Assembly (NCBI RefSeq): GCF_000315625.1
Contig: NW_005434589.1
Coordinates: 199,330 to 263,329, forward strand
Length of the DNA stretch: 64,000 nt
Source of the DNA: Guillardia theta CCMP2712
Taxonomy: Eukaryota; Protista; Cryptophyta
Direction: 5' to 3'
Below, in pieces: positions 1-11,029 of this stretch. Made by a program: the position numbers and the translations under genes. Positions within the stretch are counted from its first letter, which is position 1; each line of letters opens with the position of its first letter. Under the pieces are notes generated by a model. It was given only the letters and a program-made list of their open reading frames with translations. It ran no database searches and had not been told where the DNA came from.

Positions 1-1
1 G

Positions 2-73
2 GACGCTCCCAAGGAAGATGCCGCTGCCGCTGCTGCTGCTGCTGCTCCCGCCAAGGGCAAGAAGAAAAAGTAA
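2..73 (+). CDS. 3' end of a gene entering the window (…DAPKEDAAAAAAAAAPAKGKKKK*)
   Basis: Open frame from position 2 to TAA at 71-73 with GC3-rich codons, followed by AATAAA at ~113. The Ala/Lys-rich tail is typical of ribosomal or other basic proteins but cannot be identified. Confidence 0.55.
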   Translation, partial: DAPKEDAAAAAAAAAPAKGKKKK

Positions 74-223
74 ACGGCTCCGCTGTGAATGTTGTCGGCT
101 TGTATTGATTTCAATAAAGTTTGATCTGGTCCATTCGTTGTGTGGTTAAATGTCTTCATTCAGTTTGTACATCATTTCGAGAAAATTTTGGAACACATGG
201 AAGTATAGATGTGACCATGAGAA

Positions 224-1640
224 CTACCACTCAGCAGCAAAGATGTCTACAATGGCTTCTGTCTCTTCTTCGGCGGGCAACTTCTTCACCACCTGCGGCA
301 CCTTTGTTTCCACATTCGCAGGAAGTATATCTGCCTTCGTTCCAGTAGGGAAGGAGGGTACACCATTCCGCTTGCTCGCAAGCTCTCTTACCAGCCGTTC
401 GATCTCGCCCACATCAGATGTCAGAGCAATCTTCTGCCGCATTTCGGGATTCTCGTTCAGCCCTCCCTCTACTGTAGAGAGAAGTTTGAACACATGAGCC
501 TTAACAAACCCGGCTGGAGCTGGGAACTCCCGCTCCAGCTCGAAGTACTCGAGAGCCATCCGGAAGGCGCAGACCTTCTCTCCATTGTTGAATAGTGCTG
601 GGTTGCGCCTGAGCCATTCCGCCGACATGACAGCAGCGCAGCCAGTCTCGTCCAGGCAGTCTACCACGTCCTCGAAGGTGACTATGTTGCCGTTGGAGAC
701 GACGGGGATAGAAACGTGCTCCCTGATCTTCTTGATCAGGCTCCAATCAGCAGGCACAGCGTCCGGTCCCTTGTTCTCCCTTGTTCTCCCGTGAACAGTC
801 AAAATCTGAGCTCCTGCATCTTGCAGACACTTGGCGTACTGCAATGTCTTGTCGTGGTCATCGAAGACTCTGATCTTTGCAGTGACCGGAATGTCAAGGC
901 CTCTGTGCAACTCATTCACCAGGGAGAAGACAAGATCGAAGTCTTCCATCAGGAAGGACCCGTAATTCCCTTTCTTCGCTATACCTTGAGGGCAGCCCAG
1001 GTTGAGATCTACGGCATCGCATCGATGCTGCACTAGTCGTGCTGCTGCCAAGAAGGTTTCCGGATGATTCGCACAGAACTGGACGAACAAGGGCCGGTCC
1101 TCTGGTTTCCCATCATCCTCACCAAACTGATCATTCCTGTATTGCACGTTTTCCAGGAAGAGCCTTGCATGGAACATAGGAGTGTAACTGCAGGTCACGT
1201 CAGGAACGATCTTGGAGCATGACATCTCTTTACCACAAGGTTGTTCCGTATCTCCTGCAAAGATGACGGAATGCAAGCTCTGACTGCTCCACCATGGGTG
1301 CACAAACATACTTGGGAGCTCCTATCGAGTTCCAAAAATACCAACCTTGCAGCTTGGCGATTGGGCGAGGAATGCTGGGGTTTGCAGCTGTATCCACGAC
1401 AGCATATTTCGCGTCCCTTCCTCCAACTCTGCCGGAAATCAAAGCAACACCCACAGGTGGACCGAGAGGGTCCTTGGGTTGCAGCTCCTCTCCTTCACCC
1501 TGGCAGGCTCGGTCACCGATTCCGAGCTCAAGCAAGCGAGGGGTCATACCTTCTTCGAGGAGCTTCTCTTCTTCCTGTATGGCATCGCACGTCACGGATT
1601 ATTCGTCTGCTGTCTCATCCTCTAATTCGCTCTCCACCAT
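224..1640 (-). CDS. DUS1: tRNA-dihydrouridine synthase, Dus1-like
   Basis: Motifs APMVEQSELAFR, YTPMFHA, DRPLFVQF, DLNLGCPQ, TVHGRT and SNGNI. An intron at ~1188-1233 joins TTLC|YTPM. The start is uncertain (ATG at 1640 assumes a short first intron). Confidence 0.92.
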
Positions 1641-1996
1641 CGCCGACGTCGCTCTAATGATACTAGTTCACTGCTGGACTGCACGTGTACTGCATGCAAG
1701 GCAAGCAAACTATTGCGAATAGAATGGCTGTACAACATATATTTTAAATATATATACATTTTATATATGCATTTAAAGTGCAATACAAAATTTCTAAATA
1801 TATATACAATATTGAGGGCACCAGCCGTACCCAGTACATAAACTTCAAAAATGTATTATAAAAACATTATTTTGTACCAATTGAATCGGTTATTTTAGCT
1901 TTATATTAGTATTTATATCAAGCCTGGTAAGGGGCAAAAAGGAAACCATATGGAGAGGCGAGGAAGAGGATGAGGAAGACGAAGAGAGAGATAGAC

Positions 1997-2559
1997 ATGC
2001 TGCTACACATATCGCCCGAGCTTCAGCTAGACGATGTAACGCGGTCGAATCTTACTCCGTATAGCATGATTCCAGTTACCTTCATTCAGTTGTGATTTTG
2101 TCCGAGTAGCTTCCTTTACTCAAAGTAGCCTATATGATGAAAAATTTGCGTAGCTTTTGTATGTTTCGTCAAACAAGAATGTAGTGAAAATTGAAGAATG
2201 ATATACAATATCATCTTTTCACCTGTCATTTTCATCTGTGCTGATGATGTTATTGTGCTCAGTTCACACGTCTCACGGACCGTTCTAGCCATGTCGGTAA
2301 GACACTAAATCCGGGAACCTCCAAGACGCTTATACCCACACAGGCTTCAGCTACAAGGATGCATCTGCCACCAACACCTTCGAGCCGTCTGACGACATGA
2401 AGTGGGGGCATTCTCACGCCATGGTCAGCTGTCTGTACTTGCCTCAGAGTGCTAATCGTGGTGTGGCAGGGAAGCCAGGGAACCAACATCGCCACCAAGT
2501 GGCTGCCAGGAGGATCCGAGAGCTTGAACCAGGACTTCCAGTGGAACGGAGAGCCGTGA
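1997..2559 (+). CDS. Small hypothetical protein, about 4 exons
   Basis: GT-AG introns (~2036-2262, 2297-2344, 2424-2469) splice to a continuous frame …FTRLTDRSSHVGFSYKDASATNTFEPSDDMKWGHSHAMGSQGTNIATKWLPGGSESLNQDFQWNGEP*. Confidence 0.55.
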
Positions 2560-2607
2560 AGGGGCACAGCCAACGACACGAGACAAGCAAGACAAGCCTC
2601 GACATGC

Positions 2608-5600
2608 TTAATTTACATCTAGAGTGTATGAATTTCCCCCCTCCTGGGGCTTATGGAATCGTCCGCTGCCCTTCTCTCTCTCGAACTCGTCAGCGTGCAA
2701 TCGATTGTTGACGTCGCAAGTACCTGGACTGCAGAGGAGCTCCAGAGACTCTCGTTCACCCTCCTTGTCTTCCTCCTCCCCCGAGCATATGCTGTTGACA
2801 ACAGACATCGCTCGCCCTCCCTCCCTCCCTCCTCTTGCATGCCATTCGATTGCATGCTGGAGAATTTCTGGGGTGAGGACTGGCAATCCCTTGATCTGAC
2901 CTTCTTCTCTGAGGACTCCCCATCGCACAACAGCCTGGAATGATGTTATAACGATTAGATCACACCTCTTCTCCGATCACAGAGCACTTAGACTCCAATC
3001 ATTCGAAACCAGAGCAGCTTCTCAGTCCTCGCATCAACCAAGAGCTCTACAACCCACTGCACCTCTGGCCCTCCGCAATGTGTCACCTGCTTTGAATCAT
3101 GAATGGACGCGGCGCATATGATACTCCTATCCAGCACAGCCAACATCTCTCGCGGAGTGCTGTAGGACGAGGTCAATTGGCAACAGTAAAGCGTAAATGT
3201 GGAACAACCGAATCTGGTTCAGAAGGTGAAGGATCGCCTGTCTTCGAACGTCGTGACCCTGCTCATCGTAGGCCAGCACAAGGGCATCCGAATCGCTGTT
3301 TTCTGAGAACGATTCTTGGTCTCGGTCTCGCTCTCTGCCAACTCTCCCTGATGCCCCAAACATGTAATGCTGAAATCGCCGTAGGGCAGTTTCTTGCGAT
3401 TCCGTCTCGGAGGAGGAGAGCTTCTCTCTAGCAACGTGATTCACTATGGGGCTGAACCCGAGCGAAGGCGACAATTTGTTAGGATGCCTGAAGCGGTGTG
3501 ACGCCTAGCAAGACCAGCAACAAGCTTGTTTTCGACCTGCTCATCTTCTTGCTCGCATGAGACCATCGTCGCTCCGCCATGGCAATCAATTCGGCCAAAG
3601 ACCAGCTCAAGTCGATGACCTTGATCAAAGATTTCAGAGGCTTCAAGGCACAAGGATGAAAGCAGCACCTGAAACAGATCGAGCCGAGCGACTCCTTGGA
3701 GGAATTGGTCATCAAGACCAAGCTCATACCTTGAAGTTCGTTACGACCTTGGAAAATAATTCTTCAAACCAACGTACCGAGTTCCTGGAAAGAAGCTACG
3801 AACCCTGTGGTAAAACATCCACGAATCAGATGCGAGAGATGAAAAAGGGGTTTGCATGCCTGCATGCAGACAAGATCTCTCTGTGCATGATCGACTTGCA
3901 GAAATGATTCAAGGGGCCTGCAATCATCGATCTGTTTTGCAAAGCACCATCCTGTGGGCCATTCCTTGAGCTTGATGGCGAATCAGAATCTTCGAGAGAC
4001 GAGATGCAGTCTATTCCATCAATCCAGACACTAATTCCTCTTCCCCATCTGTGAAAGAATACGTAAGAATGTACAGCTACGAAATAGATTCCAGTTCACC
4101 CCATATTACGGACACAGCGGTCGAGAACAGACAATTTTTCCCCTTTCAAAGGAATTCACGCGAATTCAACTTTAGAGGCAAGATCACCAGGTGAAGCTGA
4201 CATCCAATCATCGAGCATTCTCCTGGCAAGCTTATGGTCTCCAAAATAGACACTTACTTTCTTGAGCGCAAGGATCAAAACATCTGTTCTAGATCTATCG
4301 GTCTTGCTTTTAAATTTTGTCGCAAATTTGAATTCTTCATGCAAGGTCTGGGGCAGCACACGAATGCTTCCAACAATCCTTTCGGCAACTCCATGGAACC
4401 TGGCTTCAGTCAGAGAAAACCTCGTAGAAAACGTCTGCAAGGCTTTGTATAGGATCAACAGCTGTACTAGAACGAAGGGGGCCATCTGCATCTGTGAATC
4501 AGGAAAGGTCGGAGCTATCTGGGAATTTTCGACGGACAGGGATTGCATCCTTTGCAGAACCTTTCGATGAATATCAGTCTAAAGACGAATGAAAGATCAA
4601 ATCATACCTTTCTCCTCAACCATGGATGAAGCTTCAAATTGGTCGACATCACGAACAGTATGACTCGGCTGACAATAACTTCCCAGAGAAATTTGATATA
4701 ATCTCGTCCCCGTTGAGAGGCCGATAAAAAGGTTTGGAACTGTGTCATGCATTCTAGAGAAAGAACACTCGTCTTTTTTAAGATACTTGATGCAATCACT
4801 TGAATCGACTGGTATCTCAATCCAGTGATCGTTGCCTGAACTATGAAGCGAACCAGGTGGAAAACTAGCAGGCTGCATGCAAATTTGAAGATTGTTAAGA
4901 ACGATCGTTTGTACACCAACAGAATATTTGGAGATGACTTTCAGTAAAGTGTGAGTTGAATGAATTTGACAGAGAATGAATTATTACCTGTTTTAAGCTC
5001 AAAATTCTTGATTCGAGTGCATGAAGGCTTCTGGTAGAGAGTGAAGGACTGTAGATTGCACAGAGCAGAAACAGCTGGAGGAAGAAAAATTCAGGAAAGC
5101 GCATGATGTATGATGAACCATAGAAGCAATTTGTCATAGCCAATGCAATAACAGACCTTTGCACGGAGGAGTTCTTCTTTAGGAGATTGGCAGGAAGAAC
5201 TCCGTTGTGACCTGCTCTCCTTGTCTTCCTGCTTGGAGCTCTTAGATCAATCAAGAACAGGACAGACGTTTTCACTTCTCTTGTGACAATCTTCGAAATG
5301 GAATGGCCTTGCGATGATAATAAGCCGTCGATGATACTCTGATCGAAGTCTTTCAACGGACGTGGAAACACAACTTCGATACGACGGACCGATATCGAGA
5401 CTGACATGATACAGTCCACGAGATCTTGTTGGCTCCAATGTTTCCTAGAAAACGTCAATCTCTACAGGATTCAAATGTTTTTTGACCTAAAATGATCTTC
5501 CAAGCTCCTTTTCCTCGACCATGGAAATAAAAATCGAGAGACCCAAGTACTGCAAGTTGAATTTTACATAGTTGTAGCAACTATTCTTAATACAAGTTAC

Positions 5601-6271
5601 AGACGAGGTCTCCATACCGGGATGCGTCGTTGAATCCAGTTCGGGTCACAAATTCTTTAATCATGCGATCCCAGCAGGCTGCATCGCAAAGATCCACCTG
5701 GACAATGGTCTCTTTTAAATTTTTCTACTGCTATGCAACGCTATCTTGGCTAGACGTACCTGCAACGTTTGGGAAGCAAGCGGAGAGTTGCTAGCAGACG
5801 CACGTGACTGAAAGTGTTTTCTCAGAGCCTATTGAGCCTCTTGTCAATGTTCCTTCTCTGGACAGATGAATACTTACAGTCTTTCCTGATCCCCGCGAGC
5901 CGAATACAAGCGAACTCTTGCTACCGTCAAGGACGGCAGATTGACCTGCTCGAGTTATGACGTTACAGGGCAAATATCCGAGTAGCAATGCATCGTATTC
6001 ACGTTGGATAAAGAGGTTGTCGGCACTCAGATCTTCCCTGTCTGCAGAGCGAGCTGTTCGCATTCGTATCGTCGTGAATACAGCGTGAATGTGACCCAAC
6101 ATGACATCATGCCTGTGAAGGGGTTCTGCTTCAACCCGTAGAAGTCGAGGAATTCGGGGGAAACTCCCTCAAACTGCAGGATCCACAAGACCTGAAAAAG
6201 CAGAAGATTCACCAACATAGACTGCTGCACGGACATTGGCACACCGCTAACAGAGGCGTTTTGAAGTGCAT
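2608..6271 (-). CDS. Multi-exon P-loop NTPase, Sll1717-like/AAA+ type
   Basis: Spliced N-terminus GLKQNPFT-ARSADREDL, Walker A VFGSRGSGKT (~5880-5910), Walker B-like SVWIDGID (~4010-4035), IDLSWSLAELIAMAERR (~3570-3620) and TPREML (~3145). Confidence 0.7.
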
Positions 6272-6604
6272 GACCGATGGAAGCTATCACATTCTCGCTT
6301 TTCCTTGAGCTTCGGGCAGAGAAACTTGTCGTCTTCCTGCGGCCATCTCCCGGATTTCAGATATTGCGGGGATGGGGTCGAGGTGTGAAATGAAAATCGG
6401 CATTCCCTCATTTGTTTTTTGCCCCAAGGCTCTCCTTCTAATTCCGAAAGCGGCATATGCCCTCCCCTGCTCACTCCTATCCATCTCCTCCCTTCATCAA
6501 CCTTCTCCTGCCTGCCTCTGCCTCCTTCCCTCACTTCATTGCTTGCGATCCCGTTTCCCGCCATCGACTAAAATCACATTTTCGTGCGGCAGGCTCTCCT
6601 CACT

Positions 6605-7140
6605 CATACTGGTCACCGCTGAGTCAGAGTCGGCCGCTGAGTTCCGCCGGGGCCGGGCCGCGGGTCGGGCCCGGCGGCCCGGCGATCATCGCTCGGACCC
6701 GGTACCGTACCGTAACGGCGGCCCGGCCCCCGACGGGCCGGGCCGCACTGTGCCGCGGCCGGGGGCGAGCATCACATGATGGCACTGCATGGCGGCACTG
6801 CACAGGCCAACTTGGCGTAGCCTACTCTGAGTCAGCAGGGTTGATTGCCGCAGGTTCTCCGAGGCTCTGTCTTTTCTCTTCCGCATGGCCGGGCCTGCGG
6901 GCAGTGCCACGGTCCTCGAACGGTGGTTGGGTAAGTGAGAACTTCGGAAGCCTCCCGGCGGGCCGGCCGCAGCCCGGCCGCGGCGGCCGGGCGGGACCGG
7001 CCCCCCGGACCGTACGGTCCGACGGCCGCAGCCTCCGGGAGTCCGATCCGACTCCGCTCAACCGGCGTTCGGAAAGCGCGGCTCGGAACGGTTACTCAGT
7101 CATAACGGGCCTGCGGCCACTCGGACTCTTTCAGGCTCAT
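6605..7140. other. GC-rich intergenic island (CCGG/GAGTC vocabulary)
   Basis: Dense CCGG, CGGCCG, GGTACC, CGTACG, TGAGTC and GACTC motifs with no credible coding frame. Lies between divergent gene starts. Confidence 0.75.
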
Positions 7141-7523
7141 AGGACCGTCGCATCCGAAGTTGGCAGCAAGTACCGCATATTGTTACAAAGTTTTAAAAGG
7201 AACTCTAAATTATTTTAGAACATCCCCAAAAGTATTTTTAAGGGGTCGTATCTCTGCGAGTCCTGGTACATGTAATTACATACAGTACAAATGTCATTGA
7301 GAGGACCCCTTCTTTTGATAATGATGAAGGAGGCTAGGGTGGATTTCTCATTTTTAAAATTTACATTTCTTTGTAAAGAGGCAACAGGGGGCCGTCTCTA
7401 TCACGGTGGGGTGGGGTACCCCTCAGTGAAGAGACAGTCAATATGTGGGGTAAAACGAGGGGTGATTCCATACCTGGGGGTTCACAAAAGGGGTGGGTTC
7501 TCGACGGGCCGCAAAGATTCAAG

Positions 7524-8209
7524 ATGGCGAAGGCAACAACGATGGTCATGTTGATGCTTGTCATGGCACTCCCCGTGGTGAGCATGGCGGCATTGAAGGT
7601 AAATTGATTGAATTGATGAAAAGTCACCATGAATTGGAAACTTTTGCGTTCTTCTTGATCATACACGCTCCAACAACAAACTGTTGCTTACTTTTTTGCT
7701 GTCAGATGAAAATTTCATCCCTCAAGTGCACCACTGTGACAAGAGGGTGGGGAGATGACGACCATACCGACCCCGACGGCTGTACTCCACATACTCGCTT
7801 GACCATGCGAGGATGGGGAGATGACGACCATACCGACCCCGACGGCTGTACTCCACATACTTGCTTGACCATGCGAGGATGGGGAGATGACGATCATACC
7901 GACCCCGACGGCTGTACTCCACATACTCGCTTGACCATGCGAGGGTGGGGAGACGACGATCATACCGACCCCGACGGCTGTACTCCACATACTCGCTTGA
8001 CCATGCGAGGGTGGGGCGACGACGATCATACCGACCCCGACGGCTGTACTCCACATACTCGCTTGACCATGCGAGGGTGGGGAGATGACGACCATACCGA
8101 CCCCGACGGCTGTACTCCACATACTCGCTTGACCATGCGAGGGTGGGGAGACGACGATCATACCGACCCCGACGGCTGTACTCCACATTTCAGATCCAGA
8201 TTCGTTTAG
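7524..8209 (+). CDS. Secreted tandem-repeat protein (signal peptide plus ~7 x 22-aa repeats)
   Basis: Exon 1 (7524-7598) encodes MAKATTMVMLMLVMALPVVSMAALK. A phase-0 GT-AG intron spans 7599-7705. Exon 2 encodes MKISSLKCTTVT-(RGWGDDDHTDPDGCTPHTRLTM)x~7-FRSRFV*. Confidence 0.7.
7742..8188 (+). repeat. 66-bp tandem repeat, about 6.8 copies
   Basis: Unit cgaggrtggggmgaygacgaycataccgaccccgacggctgtactccacatactygcttgaccatg, head-to-tail with no spacers. Confidence 0.97.
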
Positions 8210-8840
8210 ATTCCTGGATGTGCAACTTTCGATATTGCGATGACACGAACTGAAGCTTGATGTGTTTGAAAACGTGCTACATGTAACTCTTTCCGGTGTT
8301 TGTTTTAGTTCCTTGACACGCGCAAAATGCTCAAAGTGTTTGCTCTGTAGCAATATTTTGAAGCTAGCTGTGAATATGTATTTGATGAATCAACCAAACT
8401 GTGAAGACTTTGCGAGTCTAAACTTTTGATCGCCGGATCCCCTTTGTTGGTCGATGAATGTCTCAGAACTTCATTCTCATCTTCAAAACGCTCTTGACGC
8501 GTCGATCCGTGAAGTATCAACTCTCTCCTTGAGATGAGTTCCGCCGAGTCGCAGTTCTCACAGTTGGTTGGCAAAATGCTGCCCCTTTCATCTTCTATCT
8601 TCAATGATGGGGCGAGCCTGTAATTTGTTTTGACTAAAGACTGCTTAGCTGAGAATACTCCTACCCCCGCTACCCCTCCCCTGCCGCACCTTCCTCCCCC
8701 TCCTCTGCCCCTCCTCCTCCTCCTCGTCTTCATCTTCTTCCTCTTCCATCATCATCAGCACCATCGCATTGCCTCAATCTTACACTCTTGATCATCGACA
8801 CCTCATAGGCTCTCAGTCTTCGACCTCTCCCGTGCGCGGC

Positions 8841-10640
8841 ATGGGGAATTCTCAGAGCAATTGCTTGACGTTGCCATGTGGAGGCGAATATGAGGGAGAG
8901 CAATGGCAACTCACTCCTCACGGTTCTGGAACGTGCCACTGGACAAAGGAAGGACGGATGTACCAGGGCGAGTGGAAGAGAGGGAAGATGGACGGACGTG
9001 GGAGGGAGACGTTCGATCATGGAATGCAATATGACGGAGAGTGGAAAGATGGCCTCCGGCATGGCCATGGTGAGGAGACATGTCCGATAGGAGGGTCCTA
9101 CAAGGGCGGGTGGAGCGAGGGAATGAGGCATGGGGCAGGGAGACAGACTTGTCCTCTCGGAGGTTGCTACGAAGGAGAATGGAAGAAAGGAATGAGAGAC
9201 GGCAAGGGAAAGGAACGCTTCTCCCATGGTGGGTCCTACGATGGACAGTGGAAAGAAGGGCTGAGGCATGGTAAAGGAATAGAAGAATTATCGTCTGGGA
9301 GGATTTATGAAGGAGAGTGGGCTGATGGAAAACGCAATGGTCAAGGAATAGAAATCAGACCGTCAGGCCGCCGGTACGAGGGGGAATGGAGAGAGGACCA
9401 CAAGGATGGACACGGAATCGAGATACTTGCAGATCTGACTCGCTTCGATGGAGATTGGCAGCATGGGAAGAAACACGGCAAAGGCAAAATTACTTACCCT
9501 GACGGTAAAATGATTGATGGAGAATGGAAACACAATGACTTGGTAAAGAAACGATTTATTCACGTAAGAGAGCAATCTATCGAAGATAACGTACGTCGTG
9601 AGGCCTGGTCAAAATTCAACATACATCGGGAATCATCATCTGATAACAACAAGGTTGTGCATGAAGCAACATGGACTAATTCGATCAACGGATCCATTGC
9701 CGTATACGTCGTGCAGATCAAAGGCAGTCGATTTAGCGGTCCAGACAGTGAAGATATACGGAATCAGGTGAAAATCTTCAAGCACATCGGTCATCACAAC
9801 CAGATCATTTCTTTGCTGGCAACTACCCTCGAACCTTTTTGCGGCGATGGTTGTCTTGTATTGGAACATGCACCGCTGGGATCTCTTGACAAGGTCTTGA
9901 GGAACACGCCAGAGCCGGAGGGCAGCGAAAGTATACTTTTTAAACTTGAAGCAGCAATGCAGATCACCGATGGTATGAACCATCTCTCTTTGAACGGTGT
10001 GGTGCACCGAAATCTGACCTGTGCCAGCATTCTTGTCTTCAACCTGGATATCGTTGAAAGCAAGAATCTACACATCAAAATCTGCGAGCTCGATCAGGCT
10101 GTCTGTTCTGGCGGGAAGCTGCATGGGAACACTGCCCCACTGAACACCAAGTTGAAAGTCCGTCCTCTGAGATGGATGGCACCCGAGAGTCTCCAGTATG
10201 AACAATTCTCCGAGAAAAGTGACGTCTGGGCGTTCGGGGTGACCATGTGGGAGATTCTTAGCTGGGCAAGTGCTCCATTCAGCCACATCGTAGACGACGC
10301 TGAGGTTGAAAGGAGAGTGCTGGCTGGCGAGCGACTGCTGATGCCTTCGAGTTCACATCCTGGTACCTTCGAGATCGCGCAGGAATGCTGGAAGGATGCG
10401 AAAGCAGAGAGGCCCTCGTTTCGAGAGATCAGCCGAAAGCTTCGCGGGCAGCATGAAGAAATTCTCTCCAAGGCCTCTGACAAGATGTGTGTGATCTGCT
10501 TGGAGTATCCAGCCGACTGGGCTTTGATTCCCTGTGGGCATAAATGCTTGTGTGAAACGTGCAGCAAGGAGCTTTTCAAGTCAGAGCAGCCATGCCCGCT
10601 GTGCCGTGAGAAAGCGACTAGAACCATTAAAATCTTCTGA
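8841..10640 (+). CDS. MORN-repeat / tyrosine-kinase-like pseudokinase / C3HC4 RING protein, intronless
   Basis: MGNSQS N-terminus; ~10 YxGxWxxGxxHGxG MORN repeats; kinase C-lobe PLRWMAPESL…SEKSDVWAFGVTMWEIL; RING CVICLE…PCGHKCLCETC…CPLCR. Confidence 0.9.
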   Translation: MGNSQSNCLTLPCGGEYEGEQWQLTPHGSGTCHWTKEGRMYQGEWKRGKMDGRGRETFDHGMQYDGEWKDGLRHGHGEETCPIGGSYKGGWSEGMRHGAGRQTCPLGGCYEGEWKKGMRDGKGKERFSHGGSYDGQWKEGLRHGKGIEELSSGRIYEGEWADGKRNGQGIEIRPSGRRYEGEWREDHKDGHGIEILADLTRFDGDWQHGKKHGKGKITYPDGKMIDGEWKHNDLVKKRFIHVREQSIEDNVRREAWSKFNIHRESSSDNNKVVHEATWTNSINGSIAVYVVQIKGSRFSGPDSEDIRNQVKIFKHIGHHNQIISLLATTLEPFCGDGCLVLEHAPLGSLDKVLRNTPEPEGSESILFKLEAAMQITDGMNHLSLNGVVHRNLTCASILVFNLDIVESKNLHIKICELDQAVCSGGKLHGNTAPLNTKLKVRPLRWMAPESLQYEQFSEKSDVWAFGVTMWEILSWASAPFSHIVDDAEVERRVLAGERLLMPSSSHPGTFEIAQECWKDAKAERPSFREISRKLRGQHEEILSKASDKMCVICLEYPADWALIPCGHKCLCETCSKELFKSEQPCPLCREKATRTIKIF

Positions 10641-10694
10641 ACTTCCAACCATGAGGCTCTGAGCCGCAGTTGATGGCTGTGACGATGACTAGCA

Positions 10695-10930
10695 TGTGAG
10701 TTCCGAGCTAGGCTCAAACACGGGCCGCGATCTGACCGGTAGACGGTGGCCCCGCGGCACTGCAGGCCGGCCCGGCCGCCGTGCAGTGCCGCGGGGCCAC
10801 CGTGGCCGTGGCCGGCCCTCAGGGCCCCCGTCCCTCACTGCCGCTCTGTCCGACGGTCACCGTCACCGGGTCAAGCCTGTCCGAGTTCAACGGTTCCCTC
10901 AGGGCTCAGTGACTTTGGATTGAGACCGGA
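10695..10930. other. GC-rich intergenic island (CCGG/GAGTC vocabulary)
   Basis: Same motif vocabulary (gccggcccggccgcc, cggtcaccgtcaccgg, ctcagtgac), directly after the kinase-RING stop codon. Confidence 0.7.
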
Positions 10931-11029
10931 GCCTGTATGGGGGAAAGGCCTTGTCAAAACTACAGAGGGGAATGAAGGGGAGTAGTAGATGCGACGACCG
11001 TTACAGCGATGTGAAGCAGGCGGCGATGA

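Noticed and set aside
2130-2245. Box C/D snoRNA in the long intron
   Set aside because: ATGATGA and CTGA are present, but there is no terminal stem or recognisable rRNA guide.
6192-6244. Signal peptide MLVNLLLFQ in ORF 6027..6290
   Set aside because: It coincides with a polypyrimidine tract and acceptor of a 53-nt intron.
6372-7218. Arg/Gly/Pro-rich ORFs over GC islands (also ~10.7, 50.1 and 54.5 kb)
   Set aside because: Stop-poor GC-rich non-coding sequence with no domain or codon signal.
7742-8188. CRISPR array
   Set aside because: Units are contiguous with no unique spacers, there are no cas genes, and the context is eukaryotic.
7715-8353. Minus-strand repeat ORFs (MWSTAVGVGM… / MEYSRRGRY…)
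   Set aside because: Unit variants are synonymous in the + frame, which also has a spliced signal peptide; the antisense ORFs are shadows.
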